In this document: positions 11,971 through 21,772 of the stretch, piece after piece
Layout: each line of letters starts with the position of its first letter
Numbering within the stretch: the first letter of the stretch is position 1
NCBI GenBank assembly: GCA_963719315.1
Contig: CAVRBU010000011.1
Span: forward strand, 32,001 to 96,000
DNA length: 64,000 bases
Origin: an uncultured Planctomycetota bacterium
GTDB taxonomy: Bacteria > Planctomycetota > Planctomycetia > Pirellulales > Lacipirellulaceae
Reading direction: 5' to 3'
Notes under the pieces: generated by a model
Told to the model about the DNA's origin: nothing
The model's database searches: none
What the model saw: only the letters and a program-made list of their open reading frames with translations
Made by a program: the position numbers and the translations under genes

Positions 11971-13708
11971 AGGGCGTGAAGGCGGTGTCAATCCTCACAC
12001 GAGTTCAGGGCCGATCCCTGGTCTCCTTGGATTCGGTTGTGTGGACTCCTAATCGAGCAAGCACGGCGGGCATCAGCTCGCCAATGGCGATGGCGCCTCG
12101 ACGACGCTTGGTCTGTTGCTCCAAGACCGCGGCGACTACTTGCGCCTCGTGGCAACGCGTATTGTACGGCAGCTGGGAGACGGCGGCGTGCAAGTCTTCC
12201 ATCACGCATTCCAGCGGCGTCTCATGGTCGTGATGAAAATGCCGCAGTTTCTCCAGAATCGAATCCGGCTCTTGGAAACAGGGGTGCCTCATCGGCTGGT
12301 CTCCAGCCACACACGCCAGCACCAGGCGGCTGAAGCGTTTGGCGATCTTGACGCGGCTGGCGCGCTTATCAATGCCGCGAGATTGATCCAGTTCGGCTTG
12401 GCCACGGTAGTAACTACAGTGGCAGGCCAAGCAGTCGGCGATCCGCATCAGCACGCACCGCAATCGGCGATTGGCCTGGCGGATGATTGGACCACTGGCA
12501 TTGTCCGTTTGATCGCTTTGATGACGCGAGGGATAAAGGCCGCTGCGACCGGTGATGGCGTTGGCATTCGCGTAGCGATTGATCGGGCCCATTTCGCCAG
12601 CCAACTCGGCTGCCGAAACCACATTGATGCCCGGGATGGCCAATAAACGAACATAGGGCGTCCGCGTAAGATCACCAGCAAGCCGTTGCTCCAAGGCCAA
12701 GATTTTGCCGCGAAAATGCTGATAAAGCTCGTAGAGGTCGGTCCAGATCGCATGGTGCAAAGGGCCGTCTTGGATGTGGAGCTTCGTCGCCTCCGCGGCC
12801 CAGGTCAGAACTCGCTCGATTGTTCGCGTCTGGTAGCGAATCTTGTTGTCCTGCAGATACTGACGTAGACCGCCGTGCGCCAACTGGAGCAACATGGCGG
12901 GCGAGTCACCTCGGCGCGCAATGGCCAAGGGCGTGAGGCGATCGAAGAGGCGGTCGAACAGGTCGGCGTAGCCGGGCATTGCCAGATGGAGGTGATCGCG
13001 GATCTGACAAGCGAGCGCCGCTGACTTTTCGACCAGGTTGCGACGATGCCGGGCCCTCAGCTGCAGCTGGCGATAGGGTGGCTCCAGCTCGAACTCACAG
13101 AGACCGAATCCGGCCACAGCCGCTCGGTGTTGCGCATACAGGTCCGTTTCGTCGGTCTTGTTGCCCGGATCCGCTGGCATGCGATACTGTTTCGTCGCAA
13201 AAGGATGGACTACCCGCGTATCGAATCCAGCTTGGGCGAATGCACGTTTCACAGGCAGGTAGTAGTTGCCCGTTCGTTCCACGACGACAATCGTGTCTTG
13301 AATGTGATGCTCCTGTTGGGCTTGGCGAATCTGCTCCATGGCCAACTTGAAACAGGGCGCTTGATGCTGGAGCGTCTGAGGTTCGATGAACAGGTTCCCG
13401 AAGTAATCGGCCATCATCCACTCGGATCGGTGTTTGGCCGGATCAACACACACGATCGCAAAACGCTCACCGCCCACCTTCTGGACGCGGGGACCAATGA
13501 CGCCATTGGGTTTTTGGAGCGATTGCCGCCGCGGACGTGACTTCGGCGTACCGTGCCGCCGACGATTGGAACCGAGCATTGAGGCCATTTGGATTCTCCT
13601 TCATCGGGAAAAGAGGGCGTTGTTCCCATCCTTATCCCCAAAGCAAATCCAAGCCGACTCCCACCAGAAGAGGGATTTATTCTTATAGAAGCGTCATACC
13701 AGGGCGTG
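11971..13708 (-). mobile_element. IS110-family insertion sequence, bounded by the AGGGCGTG direct repeat (11971-11978 / 13701-13708)
   Basis: Contains a DEDD transposase; no terminal IRs seen; the left end is confirmed by the second copy at 1..74; the right end is inferred from the repeat and the -35 box. Confidence 0.75.
12005..13588 (-). CDS. IS110-family transposase/recombinase (527 aa, with N- and C-terminal extensions)
   Basis: CVDPAK, VERTGNY and KTDETD (RuvC-like DEDD); LLAIPGI..SAAELAGE and GLYPSRHQS (Tnp domain with Ser); AAGGAGA RBS. Confidence 0.95.
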   Translation of the reverse strand: MASMLGSNRRRHGTPKSRPRRQSLQKPNGVIGPRVQKVGGERFAIVCVDPAKHRSEWMMADYFGNLFIEPQTLQHQAPCFKLAMEQIRQAQQEHHIQDTIVVVERTGNYYLPVKRAFAQAGFDTRVVHPFATKQYRMPADPGNKTDETDLYAQHRAAVAGFGLCEFELEPPYRQLQLRARHRRNLVEKSAALACQIRDHLHLAMPGYADLFDRLFDRLTPLAIARRGDSPAMLLQLAHGGLRQYLQDNKIRYQTRTIERVLTWAAEATKLHIQDGPLHHAIWTDLYELYQHFRGKILALEQRLAGDLTRTPYVRLLAIPGINVVSAAELAGEMGPINRYANANAITGRSGLYPSRHQSDQTDNASGPIIRQANRRLRCVLMRIADCLACHCSYYRGQAELDQSRGIDKRASRVKIAKRFSRLVLACVAGDQPMRHPCFQEPDSILEKLRHFHHDHETPLECVMEDLHAAVSQLPYNTRCHEAQVVAAVLEQQTKRRRGAIAIGELMPAVLARLGVHTTESKETRDRP

Positions 13709-13967
13709 TCCTTACGCCAGAGGATCTGTGCGAAATGTCGGTTCGTCCTGGGCGTGCAATTGTCTCCACATTTCACTCGGGGTTGCGTCCCAAGGACCGG
13801 CTTGGCTGCCGCGCCATTGGCTGTCGCGCGTGACGGTCGCCCGGAGTCAACGAGAACTCGACGCACAGGGTCGCAGTATTTCGGGAACGAACCCCGGGGC
13901 CAAAGGTCACCGGCACGCACGTTGGATTGCAGCCCAGGCCCGGCCCATGCAGAAGCCCATAAAGAAG

Positions 13968-15389
13968 TCACCCTCGCCAGCGGCAGCGTAGGGCAGCAGT
14001 GAATAGTGCCAGGACCAAGAGGCCGAGCGTGGTAGGTTCTGGGACATTGAAAGCGTAAGCCATACCGGGACCATTGCCGTAGGCGCCAGCAACGGCGGTG
14101 TTTCCGGAGACCGTGACGGAATTGCCAAAGTAGTTGAAGCTGGATGAGTCGAAACCGACGACCTTGCCAATCTGGCCCCATTGATTCTCACCGCCCGCGT
14201 CTCGGCGAAATACATACACTGAACCCGATGCGATGCCGGAGTCGTCGTCTTGCCAAGCACCGATGACTGCAACGTCGCCCGACACGGTGCTCGAAATTCC
14301 AAAGTAGTCACCGGCGGCGCCGTCGTTCGGCGCTAGTTTGACGACTTCATTCCAATCGTCGGGGTTCAGATCATCTTGATCGAACACATAAGCGGCGCCT
14401 GATCGCGCGCCATTCCCGTTGTCCCATTCAGCACCAATCACAGCAGTTCCACCAGAAAGCGACACCGCACCGCCGAACTTGTTGAGGGCGACAGAATCGG
14501 TGGGAAGAATCTTCTGGGTTTGCCGCCAGCCACCAAGTTCATCGGGATCACGCTGGAACATATAAGCGGCGCCAATCTTGGTGCCGAAATTGTCGTCGGC
14601 GGGTGCGCCGACAAGGATTGAGTCCCCCGAAATGGCGACCGAGTAACCAAACAGCTCGTACCCGGTTGAGTCGGAGGCAGTTAGTTTTGCCGCTTGCCCC
14701 CAGGCGTTGGGGCCTCCAAGTTCTTTCTCGAAAATGTAGACCGCGCCGGCACGATCACCGCCGGCTCCATCCTTTGGCCATGCACCGACAACAGCCGTGG
14801 ATTCTGAAATAGCCACAGCGTAGCCGAACTGGTCATAGAGTGCCGGGTCGGAGGCGTGCAGCTTTGTGACCTGACCCCAGTTATTCAGTCCGCCCTGATT
14901 GCGTTGAAAGATGTATGCGGAACCGGAAGTTGTCGCGCCGTCATCATCTGCCTTCGATCCGACGATTGCCGTGTCCTTCGCTAGCGCGACGGCCCAGCCA
15001 AAGTTGTCGCTGGCAGCGAGGTCCGACGGGACGAGTTTTTTTACTTGCGTCCACGTGCCGGACATTTCTTGATCGAAGATAAAAGCAGCACCGGAGTCGG
15101 ACGCTGACTCATCGCGTAACGGAGCGCCTGCCAACAACGTGTTGTCGAAAAGCGAGATAGAAAAGCCGAACTCGTCGCCCGATTGGGTGGGGGTAGGCGT
15201 GATTTTTACCTGCTCGAAGGGCGCGGCCCCGACCGCGCTGCCGGCACACAGCAAGGACATCGCAAGAAGGATTGCCGGGCATCGAGAGCAAGAGGGCCAA
15301 CAGCTACCGAGCTGAAAGATGAGAGTCATTAGCAATCCCTGGAGATCAATTGGAAGATTGGCGGTCGGCTCGTGGAATGATGTCATCAT
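13968..15389 (-). CDS. FG-GAP repeat beta-propeller, PEP-CTERM surface protein (true start may be later, about 15329)
   Basis: About seven D.FG.SVAISG...VGA...SG.AY.F repeats; C-terminal VPEP + TM + basic tail. Confidence 0.9.
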   Translation of the reverse strand: MMTSFHEPTANLPIDLQGLLMTLIFQLGSCWPSCSRCPAILLAMSLLCAGSAVGAAPFEQVKITPTPTQSGDEFGFSISLFDNTLLAGAPLRDESASDSGAAFIFDQEMSGTWTQVKKLVPSDLAASDNFGWAVALAKDTAIVGSKADDDGATTSGSAYIFQRNQGGLNNWGQVTKLHASDPALYDQFGYAVAISESTAVVGAWPKDGAGGDRAGAVYIFEKELGGPNAWGQAAKLTASDSTGYELFGYSVAISGDSILVGAPADDNFGTKIGAAYMFQRDPDELGGWRQTQKILPTDSVALNKFGGAVSLSGGTAVIGAEWDNGNGARSGAAYVFDQDDLNPDDWNEVVKLAPNDGAAGDYFGISSTVSGDVAVIGAWQDDDSGIASGSVYVFRRDAGGENQWGQIGKVVGFDSSSFNYFGNSVTVSGNTAVAGAYGNGPGMAYAFNVPEPTTLGLLVLALFTAALRCRWRG

Positions 15390-15750
15390 AGGAGGTGGCG
15401 GCGCCTATCTCAACTAATCTTGGTTTATCGGGCCAAATCGCCCTAAGGTGTTTCTCCTTCCAATCTTCGGAAGCCAACGTCTCTAAACTCGTGTCACAAG
15501 TCAGAGTGCATCATCCGGAATTAGGGACTTATCGCGACGCATCCTACGGCACCTGACACCAATAAGTCCGGCGTACGAATACTGATCGCGGCTCCGCTAT
15601 TGGGCGGCTTCGACCAGAAGCGACGAACACGGATACACCGCTAGTTGCTGCGATTTCTCATTGCCACTTCAAGTGCTCCTAGTGCTGCCTCGCGGCGAAG
15701 CTGTGCGCTGGAGACGCCCTTCGAAGCTGATATGTCCTACTGCATCATGA

Positions 15751-16004
15751 GGGCGTGTCATTAGTCGTCCAGTCGCGCTAATTCTCTGCTCGCCAAGCCG
15801 CGAATCACTGGCACGCGCATTCCTGTCGCGCTGGTGTTGGGTTATCTCGCATCGGGTGCCGGTGCGGACGATATTCGCGCGGAGTTTCCCGATCTTCAAC
15901 CGGAACACATCAGTGCTTGCTTGAATTACGCCCGCGAGCTGGCTGAATTCGAGGTCGTCGCGACGTGAAGCTCTTGCTCGACCACTGCGTGCCCAACCGC
16001 GTGG
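15751..16004 (+). pseudogene. DUF433 antitoxin / DUF5615 toxin remnant (copy 2)
   Basis: Ungapped diverged copy of 76..329; in-frame stop upstream; the toxin frame breaks shortly after MKLLLDHCVPNRVA. Confidence 0.8.
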
Positions 16005-16491
16005 CGCAATGCTCACCGCAGCAGCGCATGAATTGATCGGGTGGCCAAATATTCTTGTTGAACCCGCCCGCCAAACTGCTATAGTGGCCATCCGTTCCTA
16101 TACGCAGGTTGTCCGCACGCTGCGACTGCAACGCTCTCGCGGCCGCGATCGCGCTGTGCGCTTCAGCTTTGCGCTCGTTCTTTGACATCCGAATTGATTG
16201 CATGGCACGCCGAAACGTGCGTGTGCATCCACAAGTCGCACAGTTCTCGGGGAATTTGAATTTTGGATCGACGAATCGAGTTTCTTGTGTTGCGAACTCC
16301 GACAAAAACGGAGCCAACCGTCGATCTGCCAATGACTTGCGACGAGTGGTCGACAAACGACCGATTCCCAATATTCAAAAATCTCCGAGCGCCGCGACAT
16401 TTTGGGGACGCGCATCCAAAAACCGGTGCCAAAACACGTCGAGCAGTCCGCCACAGCGGAGAAGCCAATTGCGAGTGTCGGAGGCACTCGC

Positions 16492-18261
16492 CTACGTGCG
16501 GACTGTACCCGACGCCGCGTCGCGCAGCAGTTGATCGTCGTTGTTGCGCATCTCTCGCACGCAGGTTTCAGCCCGGCGCAATGAATCCGCAATGAACAGC
16601 CGCGCCACTGCGTCGTGCGAGTGGTCGTTTCGCCGCAGGTCGTCATCCCAGCGGCTCAGCGCGCAGGCCGAGGCGAATAGCTCCATCGCCAGCCAGGCAA
16701 TGCGTTCCAACACGAGTTGCCGATCGAGGATTTTTTCGCGGTGGTGAAACAGCGTGGCTTGCACCGTTGTGTGGAGCCGGCGGATGAGCTTGCCCAGCCG
16801 CCGCGCCGCCGGCTTTAGCTCTGGCGATTGAACGGGCACGTGCGGCGTGCTGAGCCGTACGCGAAGCGCTTCCATGAGGAATCCGCCGACCGCGGCGGGG
16901 GCACTCCAAGGTCGTTTGAGCGAATCGGTTACGTCCTTCATCCGCTGCCCCGGGCCGCGCATGCCTACCAGGCCGATGAACGACAACAGCACTTCGTTCG
17001 CGCCTTCACCGATCTGGTTGATGCGGTGATCGCGGAGCATGCGTTCCAACGGGCGGTCGGTAAAATAGGCGGCGCCGCCGTGAATCTGGAACGCGTCGTT
17101 GACGATCATCCACAGCCGCTCGGTGCTCCAAACTTTGAGCATCGCGGTTTCGAGCATATAGTCTTCGAGGCCGCGGTCGATGAGGCCGGCCGTTACGGTG
17201 GTCATGGCTTCCATCGCGTATGTCCACGCGGCCATCAGGGCCAGCTTCTTCTGCATCAGCTCGAAATCGGCCAAGGGGCGACCGAATTGGCGGCGGGTGT
17301 GGGAGTATTCCGTGGCGAGCCGCAGGCAGGTTTTGGCCGCGCCGGTGCAGCAGGCGCCGAACGTGGTGCGGCCGAAGTCGAGAATCGTGAGCGCGACCTT
17401 GAGTCCCTTGCCGAGCGGGCCGAGGATGTTCTCGCGCGGCACGCGCATGTCGTGAAACGCGAGCCGGGCCGTCGCCGTACCGCGGACGCCCAGCTTTTGC
17501 ATTCGCGGTTCGACGACCTCGAAGCCCGGCATATCGGGCGTTACGAGGAACGCGGTGATGGCCGTGGCGTCGCTGCCTGGCACGGGCGTGCGGGCCATCA
17601 CGGTGAGGATGCCGGCGATCGCACCGTTCGTGATGTATCGCTTTTCGCCGTTGAGCACGAAGGCGGCGCCGTCGGCGGTCGGAGTCGCGGTCGTCTGCAC
17701 GTTGGCCGCGTCGGAGCCGGCTTCCGGTTCCGTGAGTGCGAACGCGGCCAGCTTCCGCCCGCTAATCAAATCGGGCAGCCACTTTCGCTTTTGCTCCTCG
17801 GTGCCGAATAGCAAGAGCGACCGCATGCCGATCGAATGGTGCGCGTTTACGAAGATCGCCGTCGAGCTGCACCGCGCGCCGATCACTTCAAGCAAGCGGC
17901 AGTAACCCATCTGCGAGAACCCGCGGCCGCCGAGGGCGGTCGGCGCCGTCATGCCGAGGATGCCCAGCTCGCCGAGGCCGTCGATGACTTCGCGGGGGAT
18001 GTCGGCCTCGCGATCGATGCGCTCGGCGTCTAGGTTCGCATCGCAGAATCGTTCGAGCTCGGCGACCGCCCGGTCAACGTCGGCCCGCTGTTTCGCCGGA
18101 AGCTGCGGATACGGAAACACCCAATCGGCGACGAAGCGGCCCTCAAACAGTCCCTTCGCAACGCCGGTTTTTTCCGGAAGCGACCCGAGCAGCTCCTCGG
18201 CCTGCTGCATCTGCGCTTCGCGGCGGGCGACTTGCTCCGATTGTTCGATTGTCGCACTCAT
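16492..18261 (-). CDS. Acyl-CoA dehydrogenase (long ACAD9/VLCAD-like form)
   Basis: AFALTEPEAGSDA, LNGEKRYITNG, RRQFGRPL, FQIHGG and IGEGANE motifs; 589 aa. Confidence 0.95.
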   Translation of the reverse strand: MSATIEQSEQVARREAQMQQAEELLGSLPEKTGVAKGLFEGRFVADWVFPYPQLPAKQRADVDRAVAELERFCDANLDAERIDREADIPREVIDGLGELGILGMTAPTALGGRGFSQMGYCRLLEVIGARCSSTAIFVNAHHSIGMRSLLLFGTEEQKRKWLPDLISGRKLAAFALTEPEAGSDAANVQTTATPTADGAAFVLNGEKRYITNGAIAGILTVMARTPVPGSDATAITAFLVTPDMPGFEVVEPRMQKLGVRGTATARLAFHDMRVPRENILGPLGKGLKVALTILDFGRTTFGACCTGAAKTCLRLATEYSHTRRQFGRPLADFELMQKKLALMAAWTYAMEAMTTVTAGLIDRGLEDYMLETAMLKVWSTERLWMIVNDAFQIHGGAAYFTDRPLERMLRDHRINQIGEGANEVLLSFIGLVGMRGPGQRMKDVTDSLKRPWSAPAAVGGFLMEALRVRLSTPHVPVQSPELKPAARRLGKLIRRLHTTVQATLFHHREKILDRQLVLERIAWLAMELFASACALSRWDDDLRRNDHSHDAVARLFIADSLRRAETCVREMRNNDDQLLRDAASGTVRT

Positions 18262-18294
18262 GGGGTGACCTCTGAATTCCTCACGCCGGCTTGG

Positions 18295-20121
18295 CTACTC
18301 GCCTGCGGCAATTCTACGCACGGCATCCTCCGGCAGCGGCATTTCCAACAAAATTTGGCCAAGCGCCTTGCCCTGAGCGTCGGTCCGCAATCCGCGTTTC
18401 AGCGCACCGCGAAGCACAAAATTCAAGGCGCCCAGGTTCGGCAGTTCAAACCGCTCGATAGACTCGATGCCCAGCGGCGCGAGAAAACCGGCAACGCGAT
18501 CCGCCGAGAGCCACGTTCGCAGAAACTCCCACCACGTTTCGCTGCGGGCGATTACGCCGATATTGGCACTGGTGCCTTTGTCGCCGCTGCGGGCAAGTGC
18601 GATGTCGTAAAGATGCGTCGGGCTAGCACGGGCGATCGACTGCACCGACTTTGAGTGGACGACTGGCGGCGACTTGGACGCCCCGACCGCTGCTGTCGAT
18701 CGAGCAGCACGCGATGTAGCCCGCTTGGATTCCGCGCTCTCCACAATCTCAATCTGAGGCGTGACCGCATCGCGCGCGATCAACGTCGGCCAGTAACGAA
18801 ACATCGGGTGGACGCGAGGGCGGCCTTCCGCGTAGCCGGTCGTTCCCTGTGGCCCGGCCGTGATGAGCGGCATCAGTTCGCGCGAGAAGCGTTCGACGGC
18901 TTCTCGCGAGTCCGCTTCGACAGCGACACGCAGAACGATCTCCGCGAATCGGTTGGCGTCGTCGTGGCGATTCCCAGCGATGCCAGTGGCGGCGTCGCTA
19001 CTGCCCAAACATTCGACGACGCTGTCTCGCAGGACAAAACCTGCGTCGCGAACTCGTTGCAGGACCAATTCGCCACAACGGCGGGCCTTGGTTGCCGCAT
19101 CGCGTCCGAGAATCGTGAGCGTGCCGGCCGCCCGGAAACCGTCGCGATACGTAGCGCTCACCTTATACGTCGCGGGGTGCGGCTTGCCCGTCGCACCGCT
19201 CACGCGAACGCGATCCTGGCCAAGGTCATCCATGGCGAGCGAGAGGAATGAGACGGCGACATCGGGGCTCAAATAGTTCGCCGGGTCGCCGATTTCGTAG
19301 ACGAGTTGTTCCTTCACCGTTGCCGGTGTGACGCAGCCGCCGGTGGCGCGCGGCTTGGTGACGATACAGCTTCCGTCGCTCGACACTTCAACAATGGGAA
19401 AGCCGATGTGGGAGGCATTCGACACGTCGAGCCAGTCGGTGCTGATGCCGCCCGTGCCTTGCGTGCCGCACTCGATCAAATGGCCGGCGACGGTCGCACC
19501 CGCCAATTGGTCAAAGGCGTCCTCGTTCCAGGCGAAGTGATGGATGCACGGCGCTACGACGAGTGATGGGTCGGCGACGCGGCCGGTAATTACGATGTCA
19601 GCCTCGTCGGCAAGCGCTCGCACGATCGGCGCCGCACCGAGGTACGCGTTGGCAGTAACGAGCCGGTCGCACACGTCCGCAATCGCAGTCCCCGTATCGA
19701 GATTCTTGAATGCGGATGTTTGCGCGGAGGCCGCGCTCCGAACGATTTCCAATACGTCATCTCCGGTGACGATGCCGATCTTGAGCGCGCGGCACCCGGC
19801 CTCTGCCAGCGCCCGGCGACAGGCTTCAGCGCAACCGCGCGGATTGAGGCCGCCGGCATTCGTGATGAGCCGACATCGTCCGCCGGCCGACCAGTACGGC
19901 GCGAGCGACCGGACAACTTCGATAAAGTCGCGAGCAAATCCGGTACCCGGATCACGCTCGCGCTGCATTGCGAGGATCGACATCGAGACTTCAGCCAGAT
20001 AATCGAGCGTGATGTAATCGAGCCCCGGCTCGCGGGCCAGCATCTCGGCCGCGGCCTCCGCGCGGTCGCCCCAAAACGCGTGGGCGTTGCCGATGCGGAC
20101 GGGTTGTGGAATTGAGTTCAT
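18295..20121 (-). CDS. Acyclic terpene utilization AtuA-family protein (DUF1446)
   Basis: FWGDR, DYLAEVSM, ANAYLGA, TGRVAD, GHLIECG.Q..GG, EQLVYEI and C-terminal ARSGDKG...DAQGK motifs. Confidence 0.9.
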   Translation of the reverse strand: MNSIPQPVRIGNAHAFWGDRAEAAAEMLAREPGLDYITLDYLAEVSMSILAMQRERDPGTGFARDFIEVVRSLAPYWSAGGRCRLITNAGGLNPRGCAEACRRALAEAGCRALKIGIVTGDDVLEIVRSAASAQTSAFKNLDTGTAIADVCDRLVTANAYLGAAPIVRALADEADIVITGRVADPSLVVAPCIHHFAWNEDAFDQLAGATVAGHLIECGTQGTGGISTDWLDVSNASHIGFPIVEVSSDGSCIVTKPRATGGCVTPATVKEQLVYEIGDPANYLSPDVAVSFLSLAMDDLGQDRVRVSGATGKPHPATYKVSATYRDGFRAAGTLTILGRDAATKARRCGELVLQRVRDAGFVLRDSVVECLGSSDAATGIAGNRHDDANRFAEIVLRVAVEADSREAVERFSRELMPLITAGPQGTTGYAEGRPRVHPMFRYWPTLIARDAVTPQIEIVESAESKRATSRAARSTAAVGASKSPPVVHSKSVQSIARASPTHLYDIALARSGDKGTSANIGVIARSETWWEFLRTWLSADRVAGFLAPLGIESIERFELPNLGALNFVLRGALKRGLRTDAQGKALGQILLEMPLPEDAVRRIAAGE

Positions 20122-20122
20122 C

Positions 20123-21712
20123 TCACACCTGCAGCGTGCCCGTGCGGAAGATTCCCTCGTAGTCTACCGGCAGCAAATCGAGCGCCGTTTGCAGCCAGAG
20201 CCGCGTTTCATGGGGACGGATGATGGCATCGACCCAGCCGCGGGCCGCGCCGTACCGGATATCCGTCTGCTCTTCGTAGCGATTGCCGATCGACTTTCGC
20301 AGTTCGGCGACTTCATCCTTAGAGAGCACCTTGCCAGATCGTTCGGCATCGCGAACGGCGAGCGCGAGGAGCGTCTCGGCCGCCTGGTCGGCGCCCATTA
20401 CGGCGTATTTGGCGCTCGGCCAGGCGAGGATCAGCGCCGGATCGTATGCTTTGCCGCAAAGCGCATAGTTTCCCGCGCCGAACGATCCACCGATCACGAC
20501 CGTGAGTTTCGGCACGATGGAGTTGCTGACCACGTTCACGAGTTTCGCGCCGGCACGAATGATGCCGGCCTGCTCAGCCTGCTTGCCGACCATGAAACCC
20601 TGCACGTCCTGGAAAAACACGATCGGCACGCGCGTCTGGTTGCAATCCATCACAAATCTGGCAGCTTTGTCGGCCGCATCGGGGTAAATGACGCCGCCGA
20701 TTTGCAATTCGCCGGTCGCGGTCCGAGAGCGTTGTTTTTGGTTGGCGACGATGCCGACCGCGTGGCCGCCGATTTTCGCGAACGCGGTCACCAGTGTTTG
20801 GCCGAACTCGGCTTTGTATTCCTGCAATGTACCGTCATCGACGATGCACTTCAGCACGTCGCGCACATCATATTCGCCGCGGCCATCGCCGGGGACCAGA
20901 TCGTAAATGCGCTCGACCGAGGAGCAATCACCGGACGTGGTTGCCGATGTCTTTTCGGCTTTCGGCAGCAGCTCGACGAGTGATCGCAATCTCCGGAGGC
21001 ACGATGGGTCATCTGGCTCGTGGAAATCAACGGTGCCGCTGATGGCCGCGTGCATGGATGCGCCGCCCAGCTCTTCCGGATCGACCGTTTGACCGATCGC
21101 GGCTTTGACGAGTGCCGGGCCTGCCAGGCACATTTGGCTACCGTCGGTCATCAGCAGTTTGTCGCACAACACGGGCAGGTAAGCGCCGCCGGCGATGCAA
21201 TTGCCCATCACGGCCGCGTATTGCGGAATGCCGGCGGCCGACAGCACGGCGTTGTTGCGAAAGATGCGTCCGAAGTCGTCTTCATCCGGGAAGATTTCGT
21301 CCTGCAGCGGCAAGAACACGCCTGCCGAATCGACCAGGTATATCACGGGCAGACGAAACTGATTGGCGATCCGCTGCGCTCGCAGAAGTTTTTTGACCGA
21401 TTGCGGGAACATCGCGCCGGCCTTCACGGTCGCGTCGTTCGCGGCGACGAGGCATGGGCGCCCGCTGACCCAACCGATGCCGGCTACGATGCCGGCAGCC
21501 GGCACGTTGCCCCACTCGGAATACATGTTGTACGCCGCCCAGATGCCGAGCTCAAAGAACGGTCGGCCTTCATCGAGAAGAGCGGCGAGGCGCTCGCGAA
21601 CGGGCAGGCGCCCCAGTCGCCGCTGCCGTTCTTGACCTTCTGTCCGTCCGTCCGCTCGAAGAGTTTCCTCTTGGCGAAACAGTTCATCGGTGATGTCTTG
21701 CAGGGATGACAA
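20123..21712 (-). CDS. Acyl-CoA carboxylase carboxyltransferase (beta) subunit, MCC/GCC-like
   Basis: ANDATVKAG, LVDSAG.FLP.Q, CIAGGAY, EELGGASMH, GFMVG, GGSFGAGNY motifs. Confidence 0.95.
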   Translation of the reverse strand: MSSLQDITDELFRQEETLRADGRTEGQERQRRLGRLPVRERLAALLDEGRPFFELGIWAAYNMYSEWGNVPAAGIVAGIGWVSGRPCLVAANDATVKAGAMFPQSVKKLLRAQRIANQFRLPVIYLVDSAGVFLPLQDEIFPDEDDFGRIFRNNAVLSAAGIPQYAAVMGNCIAGGAYLPVLCDKLLMTDGSQMCLAGPALVKAAIGQTVDPEELGGASMHAAISGTVDFHEPDDPSCLRRLRSLVELLPKAEKTSATTSGDCSSVERIYDLVPGDGRGEYDVRDVLKCIVDDGTLQEYKAEFGQTLVTAFAKIGGHAVGIVANQKQRSRTATGELQIGGVIYPDAADKAARFVMDCNQTRVPIVFFQDVQGFMVGKQAEQAGIIRAGAKLVNVVSNSIVPKLTVVIGGSFGAGNYALCGKAYDPALILAWPSAKYAVMGADQAAETLLALAVRDAERSGKVLSKDEVAELRKSIGNRYEEQTDIRYGAARGWVDAIIRPHETRLWLQTALDLLPVDYEGIFRTGTLQV

Positions 21713-21772
21713 TGGTTTTCTCGATTACGTCTCCGACTTCAAGCAGAAAGCGGTTTTCGCTGAGGCGCGGGT

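Noticed and set aside
15540..15640. Possible integrase-core remnant (LIAAPLLGG-like peptide)
   Set aside because: Too short and degenerate to support
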